NCBI GenBank assembly: GCA_963730935.1
Contig: CAVSTP010000004.1
Location: forward strand, 704,001-768,000
Direction of reading: 5' to 3'
Origin: an uncultured Nitrospiraceae bacterium
Lineage (GTDB): Bacteria; Nitrospirota; Nitrospiria; Nitrospirales; Nitrospiraceae
Length of the DNA stretch: 64,000 nt
Made by a program: the position numbers and the translations under genes
Part shown: one piece after another, positions 60,609 through 64,000 of the stretch
Position numbering within the stretch: position 1 is the first letter of the stretch
Layout of the letters: each line of letters begins with the position of its first letter
Notes under the pieces: generated by a model
Seen by the model: only the letters and a program-made list of their open reading frames with translations
Database searches by the model: none
Told to the model about the DNA's origin: nothing

Positions 60609-61331
60609 CAAACCTCTCGCAACGCGTCCAGTTCCGAGCACAATCGTCGTTACACCGGCACGCTCTTCATCGTCGGGACGCCGATCGGATCACTGGACGA
60701 CCTGACCCTCCGTGCCCGGACCATCCTCGGACGGGTTTCCGTTGTGGCGGCAGAAACTCCGCTGGCCACTCGAGCGCTCCTCGACCATCACGGGATTGCT
60801 GCAACCATCACCGGTTACACAGGCGACGAAGAAAAAATCGCCGTCCTCCTCGACCGGCTCGATGCCGGGCACGATATCGCTCTTGTATCCGACAGCGGTA
60901 TGCCGGTCATCTATGATCCCGGCCGACTGTTGATCTCTGCCGCACGGACGTCCGGATTCCAGGTGACGGTGATTCCCGGGCCGTCGGCCTTGACCGCTGC
61001 TGCGGCGCTTTCGGGCGAGAGCGCCGACCGGCTGTTGTTCCTTGGCCGATTGCCTCAGTCCGCTCAGCGGCTTGACGGGCTTTTCAGGGAACTCCGACGC
61101 GAAGTCGGAACCACCGTGATGTTTGCGCCGTCCTCCGCGCTTCCACGTATTCTCAAGCGCATGCGCCGCATCCTGCCTGACCGGAAGCTCACGCTGGCCG
61201 TAGACATGACAACAGCTGATGAACGCCTGCATCAAGGAGACGCGAGCGCCCTCCTCCAGCAGGTCCACTCCTTCTCAAAGGACTCGGAAGTCACGCTGGT
61301 GCTGTCGGGTGCACGGAAGGTACGGAAGTGA
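60588..61331 (+). CDS. rsmI: RsmI-like SAM-dependent methyltransferase
   Basis: GTLFIVGTPIGSLDDLTLRA, LVSDSGMPVIYDPG, IPGPSA. Several motifs diverge from the canonical ones. Confidence 0.8.
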   Translation: MRRQRSQQTSRNASSSEHNRRYTGTLFIVGTPIGSLDDLTLRARTILGRVSVVAAETPLATRALLDHHGIAATITGYTGDEEKIAVLLDRLDAGHDIALVSDSGMPVIYDPGRLLISAARTSGFQVTVIPGPSALTAAAALSGESADRLLFLGRLPQSAQRLDGLFRELRREVGTTVMFAPSSALPRILKRMRRILPDRKLTLAVDMTTADERLHQGDASALLQQVHSFSKDSEVTLVLSGARKVRK

Positions 61332-61332
61332 A

Positions 61333-61581
61333 TTATTGCCGTCGGATCATGACTCGGTAGGATGCGTCGAGCGGCTCTTGGGAAAGGACTTCATGTCCCT
61401 CATTGCTGACGCTCATCGGCACATTGCGGATGGGATCGCCGGCGTCGAGAATGACGGAGAGAATCTGCCCTTGTTCCATGGTCTCAAGCTTTAATTTCGT
61501 CTTGACGAAGTTGTACGGGCAGATCACCCCGCGCAAATCCAATTCGGCGTCCGGTCGCACCGCTTGTTCCTGCTCGCTCAT
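61333..61581 (-). CDS. TusA-family sulfur carrier
   Basis: LDLRGVICPYNFVKTKL; GGAGAG RBS. Confidence 0.9.
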   Translation of the reverse strand: MSEQEQAVRPDAELDLRGVICPYNFVKTKLKLETMEQGQILSVILDAGDPIRNVPMSVSNEGHEVLSQEPLDASYRVMIRRQ

Positions 61582-61660
61582 GCACTCTCCAATCGCGTTC
61601 ACGAAAATCGTATCAAGGAGTCGGTCCCGCCGCAACGGCCTTTGCGTACGCCGATATTAA

Positions 61661-61692
61661 TAAAAAGGGGCAGCCTTGCGGCTGCCCCTTCT
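61661..61692 (-). terminator. Intrinsic terminator
   Basis: AAGGGGCAGCC-gcaa-GGCTGCCCCTT followed by TTTATT, downstream of stop 61716. Confidence 0.85.
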
Positions 61693-61715
61693 CTCAGTCC
61701 GACCGAGTTGTCTAC

Positions 61716-62480
61716 TTACTGCAGACCCTTGATCAAGTTCGGCTTCGCCACCTCAGTTCCGTAGTCTGATTTGTTCTGTATCTTGGTCTCCGGCGCAACC
61801 GTCTGATAGCCCCATCCCGGCTGCGGTTCACAGTTCCAGCAAGGTGCTGCACCGGTGAACTCGCCGATCGTGGTGCTGATCGATCCACCGGTCGCCGTGC
61901 CGGGAAGCACTCCGCCGCTGATGCCGCCGGTGACTCCACCGCTGTTCGTGACAATGCCGCGCTCGGTCATCGGATTCGGCCGCTGACCCAAACCACCGAA
62001 TCCTGCGAGCTTCTCGTTCCCACGCATGACGCTGATGTCACGAACCAGCTTGCGGCCGGTGCCGAAAGGCTGGCCTGCGGTCGTTTCCTCGAACACTTGC
62101 ACAATGACATCGTCGCCGGCTTCCAGTGTGCGAACTTGATCCATGTTGGTCTTGTCATCGAGATACACGGTGCGATAATTCATCGCACCCCCGCCCGCAC
62201 GACCCTCATCGTGAGAGCTGCCGCCGCTTTCCAGGTGCAACTTTTTGCCGGGAAGATCGACGCCCAACACACGACCATACACGGTTTCCGCCTGCGACAA
62301 CCGCTCAAGGAAGCTCGAACGATCAAACACATTTACGCGCGTGCTATTTCCAGATACGTCACCGACGCCTTCGCCCACGCCCATTCCGGATTGGTTGCTC
62401 TGCAACCGCTCCTGGGCGACCGCTACACTCACGGAGCCGACAAAGAGAATTGCCGCTCCTAGCGCCAACACCTTACGCAT
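61716..62480 (-). CDS. Exported hypothetical protein, Gly-rich, with C-terminal CxxC
   Basis: AAGGAGG RBS, signal peptide MRKVLALGAAILFVGSVSVAVA, own promoter and terminator. Confidence 0.8.
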   Translation of the reverse strand: MRKVLALGAAILFVGSVSVAVAQERLQSNQSGMGVGEGVGDVSGNSTRVNVFDRSSFLERLSQAETVYGRVLGVDLPGKKLHLESGGSSHDEGRAGGGAMNYRTVYLDDKTNMDQVRTLEAGDDVIVQVFEETTAGQPFGTGRKLVRDISVMRGNEKLAGFGGLGQRPNPMTERGIVTNSGGVTGGISGGVLPGTATGGSISTTIGEFTGAAPCWNCEPQPGWGYQTVAPETKIQNKSDYGTEVAKPNLIKGLQ

Positions 62481-62585
62481 GTGCTGCCTCCTTGGTGAGT
62501 TAGAAAATAAATGTAATGACGGACAACAGGACAGGACGATAGATGACCGATGAAATCGTTTTATTTTCATGACACTAGGGGCCGG

Positions 62586-62614
62586 ATGATAGGCCAGTCC
62601 AAAAAACAAGTCAA
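62586..62614 (-). promoter_or_regulatory. Sigma70 promoter of the 62480 gene
   Basis: TTGACT-N17-TATCAT; inverted repeat ATGAAA-N9-TTTCAT downstream at 62550-62570. Confidence 0.65.
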
Positions 62615-62636
62615 GAGGGGAAACCATGGTACCAGA

Positions 62637-62723
62637 TGGTGCCCGGAGGGAGGGTCGAACTCCCACTCTCTTGCGAGAACCGGATTTTGAGTCCGGCGCG
62701 TCTGCCAGTTCCGCCATCCGGGC
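62637..62723 (-). tRNA. tRNA-Leu(CAA)
   Basis: GCCCGGATGGCGGAACTGGCAGACGCGCCGGA-CTCAAAA-TCCGG, long variable arm, GGGAGTTCGACCCTCCC, TCCGGGCACCA; 87 nt. Confidence 0.97.
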
Positions 62724-62866
62724 AAAGTGAAGGGGGGCCACTTCTAACATGAAGTTTCATAAGGGTCAATCGCCGGAGGCTCTAGGGTCTCCCTCTTTTC
62801 TTTGGAACCAGGGCGATGCTACAATCTCCGCAGAAGTTGGCTTCATTCAAGGAGGATTGAGACACT

Positions 62867-63148
62867 ATGACTCAAGTCCAGTGCGTCACGTGCGGACAGG
62901 CTGGTGAACCGATCACGGATCCCCTATTCATGGGAAAACTTGAAACAGAGATTAAATCCAAGGTCTGCAAACCCTGCTGGAAAAAATGGGAATCCATGCG
63001 GGTCATGGTGATTAACGAGTATCAGGTCAACCTGGGCGATGAGAGCGGGCGTGAACTGGTGAAGAAGCAGATGAAGGCGTTTTTAAAACTCGAGGGCGAG
63101 CAAACGGACACCTCCAAACTGGATCAAAACTATCGCCCGCAAACCTGA
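62867..63148 (+). CDS. YggX-like Fe(II)-trafficking / Fe-S protection protein
   Basis: VQCVTC...VCKPCWKKW...VINEYQVNL...QMKAFL; AAGGAGG RBS. Confidence 0.8.
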   Translation: MTQVQCVTCGQAGEPITDPLFMGKLETEIKSKVCKPCWKKWESMRVMVINEYQVNLGDESGRELVKKQMKAFLKLEGEQTDTSKLDQNYRPQT

Positions 63149-63311
63149 CCGCGGTCCTTCTACCGCGGTAGCGTACTCCTGGGATGCCTGGCTTGCCGAT
63201 TTTCCTCTTGGATCTCGCCAGGTTCGTTGACAGGCCAAATTCAAAAATGATAGGGTGCAAAATTCCTTTTGTGTCCAGATAATTTCGCGCGTTCGGGGAG
63301 CGTCGTTTACC

Positions 63312-63767
63312 GTGATTACCCAAATGCATCTCAAGGGGTTGATGTTCGACCCCTATAACAACGCCTACATTGTCGTACTACGCGACGAAGACGGGCACGA
63401 AATGCTCCCTATTTGGGTAGGCAAAGCGGAGGCCGGCGCCATCAGCATGGCGCTTGAAAACGTTGCCCCTCCCCGTCCGATGACGCACGACTTTATGAAA
63501 TCGATCCTCGATGCCTATGACGCCAAAGTGATCAGCGTGGTCATCACGGATCTCAACGAGAACACCTATTTCGCAAAAATCCATCTCATGTACCAAGACT
63601 CGGAATACACGGTCGATGCGCGTCCCAGCGATGCCATCGCGCTCGCGTTGCGCTCCAACGCGCCGGTGTTTGCCAAGGAATCCGTGCTCAACAAGCAGAG
63701 CTCTGAAGAACTGGAGCAGTGGCTGGAAAACTTGAAGCCCGAAGATTTCGGGAAATTGGATTCGTGA
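63312..63767 (+). CDS. Bifunctional nuclease family (DUF151) protein
   Basis: LPIWVGKAEA, PRPMTHD, TYFAKI, VDARPSDAIALALR. Confidence 0.92.
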   Translation: MITQMHLKGLMFDPYNNAYIVVLRDEDGHEMLPIWVGKAEAGAISMALENVAPPRPMTHDFMKSILDAYDAKVISVVITDLNENTYFAKIHLMYQDSEYTVDARPSDAIALALRSNAPVFAKESVLNKQSSEELEQWLENLKPEDFGKLDS

Positions 63768-64000
63768 TGGCCCAGACCAACCCTGCTTCCCAACAACGAC
63801 TGGTCGAATACGCCGTGGATCGCGTGCTCGACGAGACCAACACTGATACCAAAATCCTGGTGCTCGCCCGTCAGGACGGCCATCCCGACAGCTTTCCGAT
63901 CTGGATCGGCGCAGCGGAAGGCCATGCCATCAAGCTGGCGCTCGACACGACGTTGACGCCTCGGCCGATGAGCCATGATCTGGTCAAAAGTTTTATGGAA
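63767..64000 (+). CDS. Second DUF151 paralog, runs off the window
   Basis: Not in the track. TGATG overlap; MAQTNP...FPIWIGAAEGHAIKLAL...PRPMSHDLVKSFME. Confidence 0.85.
   Translation, partial: MAQTNPASQQRLVEYAVDRVLDETNTDTKILVLARQDGHPDSFPIWIGAAEGHAIKLALDTTLTPRPMSHDLVKSFME

Noticed and set aside
61826..61843. CWNC as a c-type heme site
   Set aside because: The motif is CxxCE and lacks the His of CxxCH.
62481..62750. N-terminal extension of the 344-aa ORF
   Set aside because: It runs through tRNA-Leu and the promoter; the SD and signal peptide place the start at 62480.

Overview
Bacterial chromosomal window, GC-rich, with gene content and order resembling Nitrospira/Nitrospirota (my impression, not a database result). 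From left to right it has four parts. (1) 1-6114: a chemosensory operon (CxxCH DUF3365-like protein, CheY, CheW, MCP, and a three-Hpt CheA that the ORF track missed). (2) 6630-22535: a cobalamin uptake, salvage and late-synthesis cluster with two cobalamin riboswitches, an embedded nitrilase-family gene and a local cluster of single-base frameshifts. (3) 24953-38588: two decayed integrative islands inserted at the anticodon loop of one tRNA-Gly(CCC) from opposite sides. The original 5' half with its promoter (38546-38632) and the original 3' half (24953-24999) now lie about 13.5 kb apart. The intact tRNA (32497-32571) appears to be built from island-supplied halves, each overlapping the end of an integrase remnant. 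Island cargo includes stand-alone receiver domains paired with a small-protein family, a repeated two-hairpin leader, an RHH-PAS protein and SGNH/SnoaL enzymes. (4) 38646-64000: housekeeping genes (tyrS, comEA, lpdA, gcvH, ndk, mtnA, comEC, glmM, folP, ftsH, hpt, tilS, ribF, heme operon, rsmI, tusA-like, tRNA-Leu, yggX-like, two DUF151 genes). No CRISPR array or rRNA was seen.
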